The position numbers and the translations under genes are program-made. A stretch of 51,790 nucleotides of DNA, taken from Octopus sinensis. Lineage: Eukaryota. The notes beneath the pieces are model-generated. The model worked only from the letters and a program-made list of their open reading frames with translations. It was not told the DNA's origin and searched no databases. Positions 34,629-46,739 of this stretch are shown in pieces (the first letter of the stretch is position 1; every line of letters begins with the position of its first letter). The stretch lies in assembly GCF_006345805.1 (NCBI RefSeq), contig NW_021833971.1, positions 1 through 51,790 on the forward strand, written 5' to 3'.

Positions 34629-34707
<79 letters not shown>

Positions 34708-34849
34708 GTCAAATATATAATTACATGATTTTGATGCTTCGTTAGTCTAAAATTAAATTAATTTTAATTATACTAATTAAAAAACTGTATTAACCCGCAT
34801 CATTGGGATTGTTGTGTTATGTTAAACAGTAAAACCGTTACTACTTTCT

Positions 34850-35207
<358 letters not shown>

Positions 35208-35234
35208 GCATTTAATTTTAAAGGACAAAATTCT

Positions 35235-35850
35235 AATCTCCTTCAGTGTAGGATTTTCTGACTTCATTGCTCTTGTTTTAGCACTCTAACCATTTCGCGA
35301 CGACCCCGTGGAAGTCCTTCAAAGCGAAGGTGTCCAGGACCCTTGTTACAGCCACCTTCATCTTTTCCTTCACCATGTGAAACAATCAAGGTACGGGCTG
35401 TGTGGAAAGCGACGCTCAACTGATGCCCATCTCTGTCAAGTCGCAGATGACCAGGATGGGATTGTGAACTGATGCATTGTCCTGGTGAGGGTTTTCTGGC
35501 CTCTTGCTACGAAATCGCTTTCTCGATTCCCTCAAGACCTCCACAAAATACTCTTTGTTGACAATCTGACCAGAATGAGTCCAGTGGACTTAGATGATGA
35601 CTTTACAATCGAAAAAGGAGATCATAGTAAGCCTCCTGGTAGACTTACTTTGCCTGGCCTCTTGTGCCAGCGAAAAGCAGATGCTCGGATCATACAATTT
35701 AATGCATGGCCAGTCTGGAGCTTTGCATAAGTTTCTGCAGCATCTCTGACCAGTTGAACACGAAAGTTTATCGCATAGCTAGCTTCCAGATTGTCTTCAT
35801 GCCTGACCGCATCTTGCAAACCAGTCAACCGTGACAAGCAGTGTTTTGTA
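35235..35850 (-). mobile_element. Mariner (DD34D-like) transposase remnant, internally deleted
   Basis: EASYAINFRVQL..AAETYAKLQT..RASAFRWHKR, RSKRPEN..HQDNASVHN and EKMKVAVTRVLDT. Confidence 0.8.
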
Positions 35851-35869
35851 CGGTTTGTTCAAAGTACAA

Positions 35870-36100
35870 AGCGGCGAGCTGGCAGACACGTTAGCGCGCC
35901 GGACGAAATGCTTAGCGGTATTTTGTCTGCCGTTACGTTCTGAGTTCAAATTCCGCCGAGGTCGACTTTGCCTTTCATCCTTTCGGGGGCGATAAATTAA
36001 GTACCAGTTACGCACTGGGGTCGATGTAATCGACTTAATACCTATGTCTGTCCTTGTTTGTCCCCTCTGTGTTTAGCCCCTTGTGGGTAGTAAAGACATA
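35870..36100 (+). mobile_element. SINE family B monomer
   Basis: TSD ggtttgttcaaagt lies at 35852-35865 and 36101-36114. Confidence 0.92.
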
Positions 36101-36525
36101 GGTTTGTTCAAAGTGCAGTTACAGCTGTCTCCTTCAATCTGGAAAAGAAAAGGTGGCAGGTCAGCTTATTGGATGTATAGCAATGTTATGTTAAAATAAC
36201 AACAATAATCTGGGACACCATTATAACTGTCTAGCCTGAAAGAAGTCTCAAAACTTCTGGAATGCACTTTGCAAATGAGATACATACATTTATACAATGT
36301 GCGCGCGTGTGTGTACGAGTGTATGTGTGTGTATGCGTGCGTGCGTGTACAAGTTAAAAATTGGCATATTCAAATGAATATGGTACTTAATTTAGATGCA
36401 CCAGAATTCTGTATGGTGTTATCCATAAAAATCCGTGGGATGATTATAATCAAAATAAGCAACAAGAATAACACCGGTAATTTACCGAAGTCATTCTTGT
36501 TTTTATTTATATATAGATAAACATA

Positions 36526-36526
<1 letters not shown>

Positions 36527-36610
<84 letters not shown>

Positions 36611-36649
36611 GTCTATCTCTCTCTCTCTATCTATCTATCTATCTCTCTG

Positions 36650-36736
<87 letters not shown>

Positions 36737-36840
36737 CTATATATATACACACACATACATATACATAGTATATATGTATGTGTGTATGTATGTATGTATG
36801 TATGTATGTATGTATGTATGTATGTATGTATGTGTGTGTG
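36527..36840. repeat. (TATC)n followed by (TATG)n microsatellites
   Basis: Direct inspection. Confidence 0.95.
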
Positions 36841-37496
36841 TACACTATGCACACACGCAAACATGCCCTTTTCCCTTCTCTTTCCCTTTGCTATATATAG
36901 CAACCGTCAGTTGATCTCTTGTGATCTTTGACACAATATAAAGGGTGAACAATGAGATAATTAAAATAAACATGGCGAGAGGGAGAGAGAGAGAGAGAGA
37001 GAGAGATAGACGGGGAGAGGAGAAAGATGGTGGGATAAAGGAGAGAGGGAGTGAGTTGAAGGGGAGGAGACGAAGGGAGTAACCTGTGAGAGTTGTAGAG
37101 TGAGGAAAATGGAAGGGGGACAGAGAGAGAGAGAGTGAAAGAGTAGAAAGGCTGAGAAATATATGGAGTGTGTGTGTGTGTGTGTGTCGATTTTACGGGA
37201 ATCCTGTATCTGGATGTGTGTGTGTGTATGAGCATGTGTGCTGTGCGCGTACGCGAGAAGTGTAAGTAATGGTGTGTATGTGTGTGTGTGTGTGTGTGTG
37301 GTGTGTGGTGTCGATATTTACGGAATCCTTTATCTGGATGTGTGTGTGTGTATGAGCATGTGTGCATGTGCGCGTAAGTGTAAGTATATGGGTGTATGTG
37401 TGTGTGTTGTGTGTGTGTGTGTGTGCACTTGTGGATGTGTATGTCTGTGTGTTTGCACTTGTGGATGTGTATGTCTGTGTGTTTGCACTTGTGGAT

Positions 37497-37548
<52 letters not shown>

Positions 37549-37939
37549 GTAGGAGAAAAGAGAAAAAGATTGTTTGGTAGATTGACTGAGAGAGAAGAAA
37601 AGAGATAAATAGATAGAGAGAGAGAGAGAGAGAAAGAGGAGGAGAGGATGAAGAGAAAGAGGAGGAGAGGATGAAGAGAAAGAGGAGGAGAGGATGAAGA
37701 GAAAGAAGCTGAGTGTAGAGTGAAAGAATGCGTGAGAAAATGTGTGTGCGTATGCATATGCAAAAGATTATGTGTGTGTGTGTATTTCTGCGTGTCAGTA
37801 TGTATGCATATGTGTGCTTATGAAGGTGTTAGTGTGTGTATATGCTAGTGTGTGTGTGTGTGTGTGTGTGTGTGGATGTGTGCGCACCCGTCCGTGCGTA
37901 TGAATAATGTATTTGTGTGCGTGCGTGTATTCCTTGTAC

Positions 37940-38077
37940 GGATGTGTCTGACAGAGAATGGATTGGTGTCGCGTGGAGCATCTTTTTCTCTTGGCTTTCT
38001 TGGGAGGGTTCTGTTGTCTGTGAGGTATTTGTTGTTGAACTTCTCGTATTTTGGCAGTTTCGGCCTGTCAATGGCAT
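37940..38077 (-). CDS. Candidate isolated 138-bp internal exon, product unknown
   Basis: Acceptor tttttttttacctcaatag and a weak donor gtacaa. Two frames are open (DAIDRPKLPKYEKFNN... or MPLTGRNCQNTRSS...). No homology is recognised. Confidence 0.2.
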
Positions 38078-38226
38078 CTATTGAGGTAAAAAAAAACATT
38101 CTGTGCCGTATGAATATGTCCCTCGTTTAAGAAACAGATTGGGTTTATTTACATTTCTGAAGAAAAAATGCGCGCGTGTGTGTGTGTGTGTGTGTATGTG
38201 TGTGTGTGTGTGTGTGTCTGGTGTGT

Positions 38227-38281
<55 letters not shown>

Positions 38282-38421
38282 GGATGCCAGTCGTTTGTCA
38301 ATGAGGATTTATTGACCGAAATATGTAACTTCCTGAAAATTCTACATACACGTGTAGCTTTACCGCAGTACTCGGGTAGAGTCAACGTATCACACACACA
38401 TGCACACACACGTTGTGAGAG

Positions 38422-38487
<66 letters not shown>

Positions 38488-38546
38488 GAAGGACAGAAAG
38501 ATAAGAGAAATAGGAACTTGCGTTTGAGCAGGCTCATGCAAATGCT

Positions 38547-38869
38547 GGTAATAGGCCGAAACCAGATGTCAAAAGTAGGCTCATTTCAACTGGTAACAGA
38601 CCCAAACCAAGTGTAAAATGTAGGTTCCATTTCAACTGATGACAAGCACAAGCCAGATGTAAAATTTAAATCCAATTTCAACTGGTGACAGGCTCAACCC
38701 AGGTGTGAAATGTAGGCTCGACTTGAAACTAGTACTAGAGGCAAACCAAAAGTGAAATGGAGGAATTATTTCTACTAGCAACAGGTCCAAGCCGGATGTG
38801 AAATATAGACACCAATTTGACCTATAAGAGGCCCGCGCCTAGTATGAAATCTAGGCTCCTTTTGGATCT
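38547..38869. repeat. Diverged minisatellite, 7 x 45-47 bp
   Basis: Consensus approximately ggtaacaggcccaaaccagatgtgaaatgtaggctcaatttcaact. Confidence 0.85.
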
Positions 38870-39139
38870 GTTTATAAGGTATTTTTAGCAATCAACATTA
38901 AATATGATTTATGTAAGGGTTACTCTTAACACACAGTATAGAAGAAAAATCTACAACGATTTATTTTTTAAGAAGGGGAAATTCTTAATTAAGGGTTTTC
39001 CGTTTGTGTCCAAAAAGGGGAGCAGGAATTCGATATATCAGAGATACATGGCAACTGGTCGTCTATACATCTGTATTTCTGTGTTCAAGGCTGTGTGCAC
39101 ACTACAATGGCAGAAATAAGAGATGAGGTATAATGAGAA

Positions 39140-39673
39140 TGAGAGAGAGGGGGAGGGAGGGAGGGAGAGAGAGGGAGGGAGCGGGAAGGAGAGAGGGAGG
39201 GAGGGAGAGGGAGAGAGAGGGAGAGAGAGGGAGAGAGAGGGAGGGAGAGAGAGAGAGGGAGGGAGGGAGAGAGAACGGGCGGGAGAGAGAACGGGAGGGA
39301 GAGAGAGAGAGGGGGAGAGGCAGGGACAGAAAGGATGTGCAGGAGTGTGTGGGGGAATAGTGAGAGGACATATGAAAGATAAAGCGTACGGGAAGGAGGT
39401 AATCGTAGACGATTATCTAAAATTGTTAGTAAATTGGATTAAATTGTTTTGTTTTTGCTCTGCTCTGTTTGAAAGAGAGAGGGGGAGGAAAGAGAGAGAG
39501 AGAGAGAGACAGAGAGAGAGAGTGGCAGACAGAGGGAGAAAGGGAGAGAGACAGAGAAATAGGGGAAGGGAGAGAGAAAGAATGAGGGAGAGAGAGAGAG
39601 GGCGGAAGAGAAAGGGAAAGAGACACAGACAGAAGGAATGACAGAGAGAGAGAGAGAGAGAGAGAGAAAAAAA

Positions 39674-39713
<40 letters not shown>

Positions 39714-40040
39714 GAAACAGAGAAATAGGAGAAGGGAGAGAGAAAGAACTTTCGAGAGAGAGAGAAAGAGAGATAAAGAGAGAGAAAAACACAGCGAATG
39801 AGAGAAAGGATGGGCGAGAGTGGGGGAGGGGAGAGAGAGTGGGAAGGGAAGAGAGAGTGGGAAGGGAAGAGAGAGAGAGAGAGATTGAGAGAAGGGAGTG
39901 AGAGTGTGGGAGAAGGAAGAGAAACAGTGTGAGAGTGAGAGAAAGAGAGGGGGAGGGGGAGGTGTGTGTGAGAAACACTGAAAGAGAGAGTGGAAAAGAG
40001 AGAGGGAAGCAAAGACAGAGAGAGAGAGAGAGAGAGAAGA
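39140..40040. repeat. (GA)n/GGA-rich polypurine tract
   Basis: Direct inspection. Confidence 0.9.
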
Positions 40041-40274
40041 GGTAGGGGAGAGATAGTTATATACTTCTGTCTTCGAGGTTTCGCGAACAGACTGCGGCCA
40101 CGCTGGGGCAATGTCTTCGAGTTCTTTAATCGAGCATATCAGCACCATAATTTTGGTGCTTAATTTATCGATCTCTGTTTATCGGATAAACAAAGTTAGC
40201 GATTTGGCCTAAAGGGACGTAACCCCATATATAAGTCGTGGACAGGCGATATGATTCATTTCCGGTTCCGTTCG

Positions 40275-40330
40275 GGCACGTGATGCTGATGATAACACAC
40301 AAAAATGGCGAAACATCGATGTCCACTGCT
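40275..40330 (+). ncRNA. Degenerate type I hammerhead-like motif
   Basis: CUGAUGA at 40286-40292, GAAA at 40310-40313, palindromic CAUCGAUG, then UC. Stems I and II are poorly paired. Confidence 0.4.
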
Positions 40331-40477
40331 TCTGGATGAGATTAAAGGTGAGTTGTCTCACCTGTGCATCACTTTCGGGAGTTTTAACTACGGGCACTTT
40401 GAGTAATTTCCACTACGCCAATTCGTAGCCTCCCGGCAAATACAGAATACATATACGTTGAGTATATGTGTTTGATA

Positions 40478-40481
40478 TTGT

Positions 40482-40545
<64 letters not shown>

Positions 40546-40868
40546 GCGTGTGCGTGTGTGTGCGTGCGTGTGCGTGCATGTGTGTGTGTGTGTGTGCGTG
40601 CGTGTGTGTGTGTTTGTGTGTGTGCGTGTGTGTGTGTGTGTGTGTGTGCGTGCGTGTGCGTGCGTGTGTGTGTGTGTGTGTGTGCGTGTGTGTGTGTTTG
40701 TGTGTGTGCGTGTGTGTATGTGTGTGTCTGTGTGTGAGCGTGTGTGCGTGTGTGTGTGCGTGCGTGTATGTGTATGTGTGTGTGCGTGCGTGTGTGTGTG
40801 TGTGTGCGTGCGTGTGTTTGTGTGTGTTTGTGTGTGTTTGTGTGCGTGTGTGTGTGTGTGTGTGTGTA
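40478..40868. repeat. (GT)n/(GC) compound microsatellite
   Basis: Direct inspection. Confidence 0.95.
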
Positions 40869-40869
40869 T

Positions 40870-41030
40870 GGTCTCCTTTGCCTTTCATCCTTTCATCTGC
40901 CGAGGTCGACTTTGCCTTTCATCCTTTCGGAGTCGATAAATTAAGTACCAGTTGCGTACTGGGGCCGATCTAATCGACTAGCCTCCTCCCACAAAATTTC
41001 GGGCCTTGCATCTAGAATAGAAAAGAATAT
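40870..41030 (+). mobile_element. SINE B-related fragment with an alternative tail
   Basis: The central gaggtcgactttgcctttcatcctttcgg..aagtaccagt is shared. The tail gccgatctaatcgactagcctcctcccacaaaatttcgggccttg differs. Confidence 0.8.
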
Positions 41031-41212
41031 TTTGACAATCCGGTCCATGAAAAAATTTGCTCTAGATATATTTATCGCAAGAAACAGCCAGGTTTCTTTC
41101 TCTAACATTTAATTTAACGAGTCTCTGGTCACAGAAACATGTTCTCTCTGGGTGTGGCCAATTACCAAAATACACTAGTAACGTGTGGAAAACAAAATAG
41201 GAATGTTGAAGA

Positions 41213-41945
41213 GGCGCAGGAGTGGCTGTGTGGTAAGTAGCTTGCTAACCAACCACATGGTTCCGGGTTCAGTCCCACTGCGTGGCAACTTGGGCAAGTG
41301 TCTTCTGCTATAGCCCCGGGCCGACCAATGCCTTGTGAGTGGATTTGGTAGACGGAAACTGAAAGAAGCCCGTCGTATATATGTGTGGCTGTGTGGTAAG
41401 TAGCTTGCTAACCAACCACATAGTTCCGGGTTCAGTCCCACTGCGTGGCAACTTGGGCAACTGTCTTCTGCCATAGCCCCGGGCCGACCAATGCCTTGTG
41501 AGTGGATTTGGTAGACGGAAACTGAAAGAAGCCTGTCGTATATATGTGTGGCTGTGTGGTAAGTAGCTTGCTAACCAACCACATGGTTCCGGGTTCAGTC
41601 CCACTGCGTGGCAACTTGGGCGAGTGTCTTCTGCTATAGCCCCGGGCTGAACAATGCCTTGTGAGTGGATTTGGTAGACGGAAACTGAAAGAAGCCTGTC
41701 GTATATATGTATATATATATATATGTGTGTGTGTGTGTGGGTTTGTGTGTTTGTCCCCCTAGCATTGTTTGACAACCGATGCTGGTGTGTTTACGTCCCC
41801 TTCACTTAGCGGTTCGGCAAAAGAGACTGATAGAATAAGTACTGGGCTTACAAAGAATAAGTCCCGGGGTCGATTTGCTCGACTAAAGGCGGTGCTCCAG
41901 CATGGCCGCAGTCAAATGACTGAAACAAGTAAAGGAGTAAACAAG
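41213..41945 (+). mobile_element. SINE family C with a triplicated 163-bp head module and a single 3' half
   Basis: ggctgtgtggtaagtagc starts at about 41224, 41387 and 41550. Confidence 0.93.
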
Positions 41946-42675
41946 TGAAGTAGCAAGTTAAAGAATCTCTAAAAGAGATGTAAGTTGTAACTATGCTGGG
42001 AAGTTAATGTTTTTCCGCCATTATAAGAGATGAAAGTAGAATGTCACTTCCGGTTTAAAATGCTTGTAACGTCGGTTCGCAAGGAACAGCCGTGTCGAAG
42101 TGGCGACAAAACAATTTTGAAGGAAATATCTATAAAAATAGCGTGGAAGGTGTTTGTAAGCCATTTAAGAAACACACAAAAACCGTTCGATTCACTTCAG
42201 CATTTAAGTTTAATTTGTCAAAATATTTTCGTCGCTTTAAGACCGCGACCTGTTCACTGACAAAAATCCGTGCTGCATCTATAAAAATAGTTTTTCAAAA
42301 TCGAATGGTTACGGGGCTCCACCGGAATACAATATTAATCAAAGGGATCCAATGACAAGAAAAAAAATGGGGGTTGAGAACCATTGGTAAAAATGAACGA
42401 CTGGCAGGCCTATTTGCTGAACACTTACAAGACACCAAACTCGGTAATGACATCACGGTTTCGCGCCACTTCCACTCGAGTTCATTCCAATCAAGATATG
42501 TCTTTTCGCACTGGCCTTGCACATAGGCATTCAGCATTCATCTCTCTTTCTCTCTCTCTCCTCTCTCTCTCTCTCTCCTTCTCTCTTTCTCTTCCTCTCT
42601 CTCTCCTTCTCTCTCTCTTCCCCTCTCTCTCCTTCTCTCTTTCTCTTCCTCTCTCTCTCTCTTTCTCTCTCTCCT

Positions 42676-42724
<49 letters not shown>

Positions 42725-42818
42725 AGTTAATTTATTTCTCTCCAGACTTCGCCCCCCCTCCATGGTCTAAATTACCAACTCCATTTTCACACATACTTAC
42801 ACACACCTCCCACCTCTT

Positions 42819-44674
42819 ACATTTCCACAGTCCCCTTAATACCCCCAAAATATCCAACACTATACACATTACTTCTTCCGTCGTTGTCCTCGATGTCCAA
42901 GGACATCACATGGGAGAAGTCGAGTCGCAGTGTGTCCAGCTGTGGCCAATGCGTTCGATGCGTGCTCGGAACGCCCTGCTGCAGACCGGACACTGATGGT
43001 CAGCAAAGAGTGAAAGTGAAGAGTTGGATCCGGAGTTGAGCTGTCTGGGTTCTCTTTGTGTCCCTAGAATCCTGTTCTGTTCTACATTTCCACAGTTCCC
43101 TTAATACCCCACAAAATATCCAACACTATACACATTACTTCTTCCGTAGTTGTCCTCGATGTCCAAGGACATCACATGGGAGAAGACGAGTCGCAGAGTG
43201 TCCAGCTGTGGCCAATGCGTTCGATGCGTGCTCGGAACGCCCTTCCGCAGACCGGACACTGGTGGTCAGCAAGGAGTGAAAGTGAAGAGTTGGATCCGGA
43301 GTTGAGCTGTCTGGGTTCTCTTTGTGTCCCTAGAATCCTGTTCTGTTCTACATTTCCACAGTTCCCTTAATACCCCCCAAAATATCCAACACTATATACA
43401 TTACTTCTTCCGTCGTTGTCCACGATGCCCAAGGACATCACATGGGAGAAGACGAGTCGCAGTGTGTCCAGCTGTGGCCAATGCGTTCGATGCGTGCTCG
43501 GAACGCCCTGCTTGCAGACCGGACACTGATGGTCAGCAAAGAGTGAAAGTGAAGAGCTGGATCCGGAGTTGAGCTGTCTGGGTTCTCTTTGTGTCCCTAG
43601 AATCCTGTTCTGTTCTACATTTCCACAGTTCCCTTAATACCCCCCAAAATATCCAACACTATACACATTACTTCTTCCGTAGTTGTCCTCGATGTCCAAG
43701 GACATCACATGGGAGAAGACGAGTCACAGAGTGTCCAGCTGTGGCCAATGCGTTCGATGCGTGCTCGGAACGCCCTTCCGCAGACCGGACACTGGTGGTC
43801 AGCAAGGAGTGAAAGTGAAGAGTTGGATCCGGAGTTGAGCTGTCTGGGTTCTCTTTGTGTCCCTAGAATCCTGTTCTGTTCTACATTTCCACAGTTCCCT
43901 TAATACCCCCCAAAATATCCAACACTATACACATTACTTCTTCCGTAGTTGTCCTCGATGTCCAAGGACATCACATGGGAGAAGACGAGTCGCAGAGTGT
44001 CCAGCTGTGGCCAATGCGTTCGATGCGTGCTCGGAACGCCCTTCCGCAGACCGGACACTGGTGGTCAGCAAGGAGTGAAAGTGAAGAGTTGGATCCGGAG
44101 TTGAGCTGTCTGGGTTCTCTTTGTGTCCCTAGAATCCTGTTCTGTTCTACATTTCCACAGTTCCCTTAATACCCCCCAAAATATCCAACACTATATACAT
44201 TACTTCTTCCGTCGTTGTCCACGATGTCCAAGGACATCACATGGGAGAAGACGAGTCGCAGTGTGTCCAGCTGTGGCCAATGCGTTCGATGCGTGCTCGG
44301 AACGCCCTGCTTGCAGACCGGACACTGATGGTCAGCAAAGAGTGAAAGTGAAGAGCTGGATCCGGAGTTGAGCTGTCTGGGTTCTCTTTGTGTCCCTAGA
44401 ATCCTGTTCTGTTCTACATTTCCTCAGTTCCCTTAATACCCCCCAAAATATCCAACACTATACACATTACTTCTTCCGTAGTTGTCCTCGATGTCCAAGG
44501 ACATCACATGGGAGAAGACGAGTCACAGAGTGTCCAGCTGTGGCCAATGCGTTCGATGCGTGCTCGGAACGCCCTTCCGCAGACCGGACACTGGTGGTCA
44601 GCAAGGAGTGAAAGTAAAGAGTTGGATCCGGAGTTGAGCTGTCTGGGTTCTCTTTGTGTCCCTAGAATCCTGTT
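42819..44674. repeat. 7 x ~266-bp tandem array of RTE 3' end + downstream flank
   Basis: acatttccacag recurs at 42819, 43084, 43350, 43617, 43883, 44149 and 44416. The minus strand encodes HQCPVCGRAFRARIERIGH. Confidence 0.97.
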
Positions 44675-44810
44675 GTTCGGTTCGTAGGAAGTGGCACTTT
44701 CGTTGGTGCAGCTTCGCCCGGCTGAAAGGACAGTCATGTGCTTGTGTTTCCCGGAGTTGACCTCAATGCTCTCAGTGAGGTCTTCAGTGTGTCCTTGAAG
44801 CATAAACAAC
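44675..44810 (-). mobile_element. Unamplified upstream part of the same RTE fragment
   Basis: KDTLKTSLR and ATSYEPNNRI fit the RTE FKD.LK.SL...YE..RI pattern. Confidence 0.7.
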
Positions 44811-45117
44811 GATGCAATTTACTAGCACGCATATCTACATGCAAACACAGAGACACACACACAGACACACTCCTATTTTCCACTTCACTCTGACTAGCAC
44901 TCACACTTCAGTTACAGTTCCGCGTGCTACTCATTCACACATACTTACACAGATCACATACTTACGCTTCCCAACACCTGCCTCTTATGTCACCTCTTTC
45001 TCACAGAACACGTCGATCGAGCTTAACACACAATACAACCCCAGATTCAGAAAAAGAAAACAAACACACAAACACACACTCAACATACATGCACATAATA
45101 GCTTCGTATACACACAC

Positions 45118-45165
<48 letters not shown>

Positions 45166-45594
45166 TCAGAGTATACACGCATATAATAGCTTCATACACA
45201 CAAACACACACACAACATACATGCACGTAATAGCTTCGTATATACACACACACACACACAGAGTATACACGCATATAATAGCTTCATACACATATACGCA
45301 TACACACAAATGCCAGGCTCACATCTAAAGCGACCTCATTACCTTTTCTGGTCATTTCAGCACGTCGTGGCTGTTAGATACATATATGTTCTTTGTTTCA
45401 TTTCGCTCCATTTTCTCTTCTCCTTGTTCTTTCTTTCAGACAAAGAGCGTATGCTCGAAATGCAAAACACTTTTCTTGCTATTTCTTCCTCTTTTCTGAG
45501 CGTAGAATTAATTCATTCTTTTTGTTTTTTTTTGTTTTCTTTTTCACCTCGTCATTGTGTTTTATATATTAAAATACATTAATTATCTTTTATC

Positions 45595-45824
45595 TTTTAT
45601 TCTTTTGCTTGTTTCAGACATCAGATCACGGCCATGCTGGGGCATCACCTTGAAGAATTTTAGTCGAACGAATTGACCCCAGTAATTATTTTTTTAAAGC
45701 CTGGTACTACTTATACTATCGGTCACTTTTGCCGAACCGCTAAGTTATGGCGATGTAAACACACCAACACCGGTTGTCAAGCCGTGGTGGGGGACAAACA
45801 CAAACACATAAACACACACATATA

Positions 45825-45906
<82 letters not shown>

Positions 45907-46099
45907 CACACACACACACACATACACGCATACTCGACAGACTTCTTTCAGTTTCCGTCTACCAAATCCACCCACAAGCCGTTGGTCAGCCGGAAGCTAT
46001 AGGAAAAGAACCCCTACCCGAGGTACTACGCAGCGAGACAGAACTGGGAACCACGTGTCTGAGAAGGAAACATCTTACCACACAGCCACGCATGCGCCT
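45595..46099 (-). mobile_element. SINE family C, older diverged copy with a (CA)n core
   Basis: Head reverse complement cttaccacacagccacgcatgcgcct ends near 46099. Confidence 0.85.
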
Positions 46100-46189
46100 A
46101 AAGGTATTACCTAATTGAAAGTATTACTTAATTACATTCTTTCAAAACATTACTTAAACCAATAATACAATTTCATGAGTAAAGTTATT

Positions 46190-46598
46190 AGGCGCAGGAG
46201 TGGCTGTGTGGTAAGTAGCTTGCTTACCAACCACATGGTTCGGGTTCAGTCCCACTGCGTGGCATCTTGGGCAAGTGTCTTCTACTATAGCCTCGGGCCA
46301 ACCAATGCCTTGTGAGTGGATTTGGTAGACGGAAAGTGAAAGAAGCCCGTCGTATATATATATGTGTGTGCGCTTGTGTGTTTGTGTGTCTGTGTTTGTC
46401 CCCCTAGCATTGCTTGATAACCGATGCTGGTGTGTTTATGTCCCCGTCACTTAGCGGTTTGGCAAAAGAGACCGATAGAATAAGTACTGGGCTTACAAAA
46501 GAATAAGTCCCGGGGTCGAGTTGCTCGACTAAAGGCGGTGCTCCAGCATGGCCGCAGTCAAATGACTGAAACAAGTAAAAGAGTAAAAGAGTAAAGAG
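46190..46598 (+). mobile_element. SINE family C, full length, young
   Basis: aggcgcaggagtggctgtgtgg...gaaacaagtaaaagagtaaaagagtaaagag. Confidence 0.93.
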
Positions 46599-46739
46599 AG
46601 AGACATCACACGTATGAAGTTTAAGACGTTTATAATAATAACTACCACGAGGACCAGAAACGGAATATTTCTTCTCTTTCTCTTTCTAATTCAAGAACAC
46701 ATTTTGATTGGTCACTCAATTGGTACTAAGTTTGTGAAG

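Noticed and set aside
39140-39360. G-quadruplex or triplex potential of the GGGA-rich tract
   Set aside because: Such potential is expected for any (GA/GGA)n microsatellite, and nothing locus-specific supports a function.
42040-42110. ETS-like cacttccgg promoter motifs (also near 13530)
   Set aside because: These are short motifs expected by chance, with no linked gene start.
42819-44674. Repeated plus-strand 64-82-aa ORFs as a peptide family
   Set aside because: They are antisense to the RTE zinc-finger terminus and arise from the tandem duplication.
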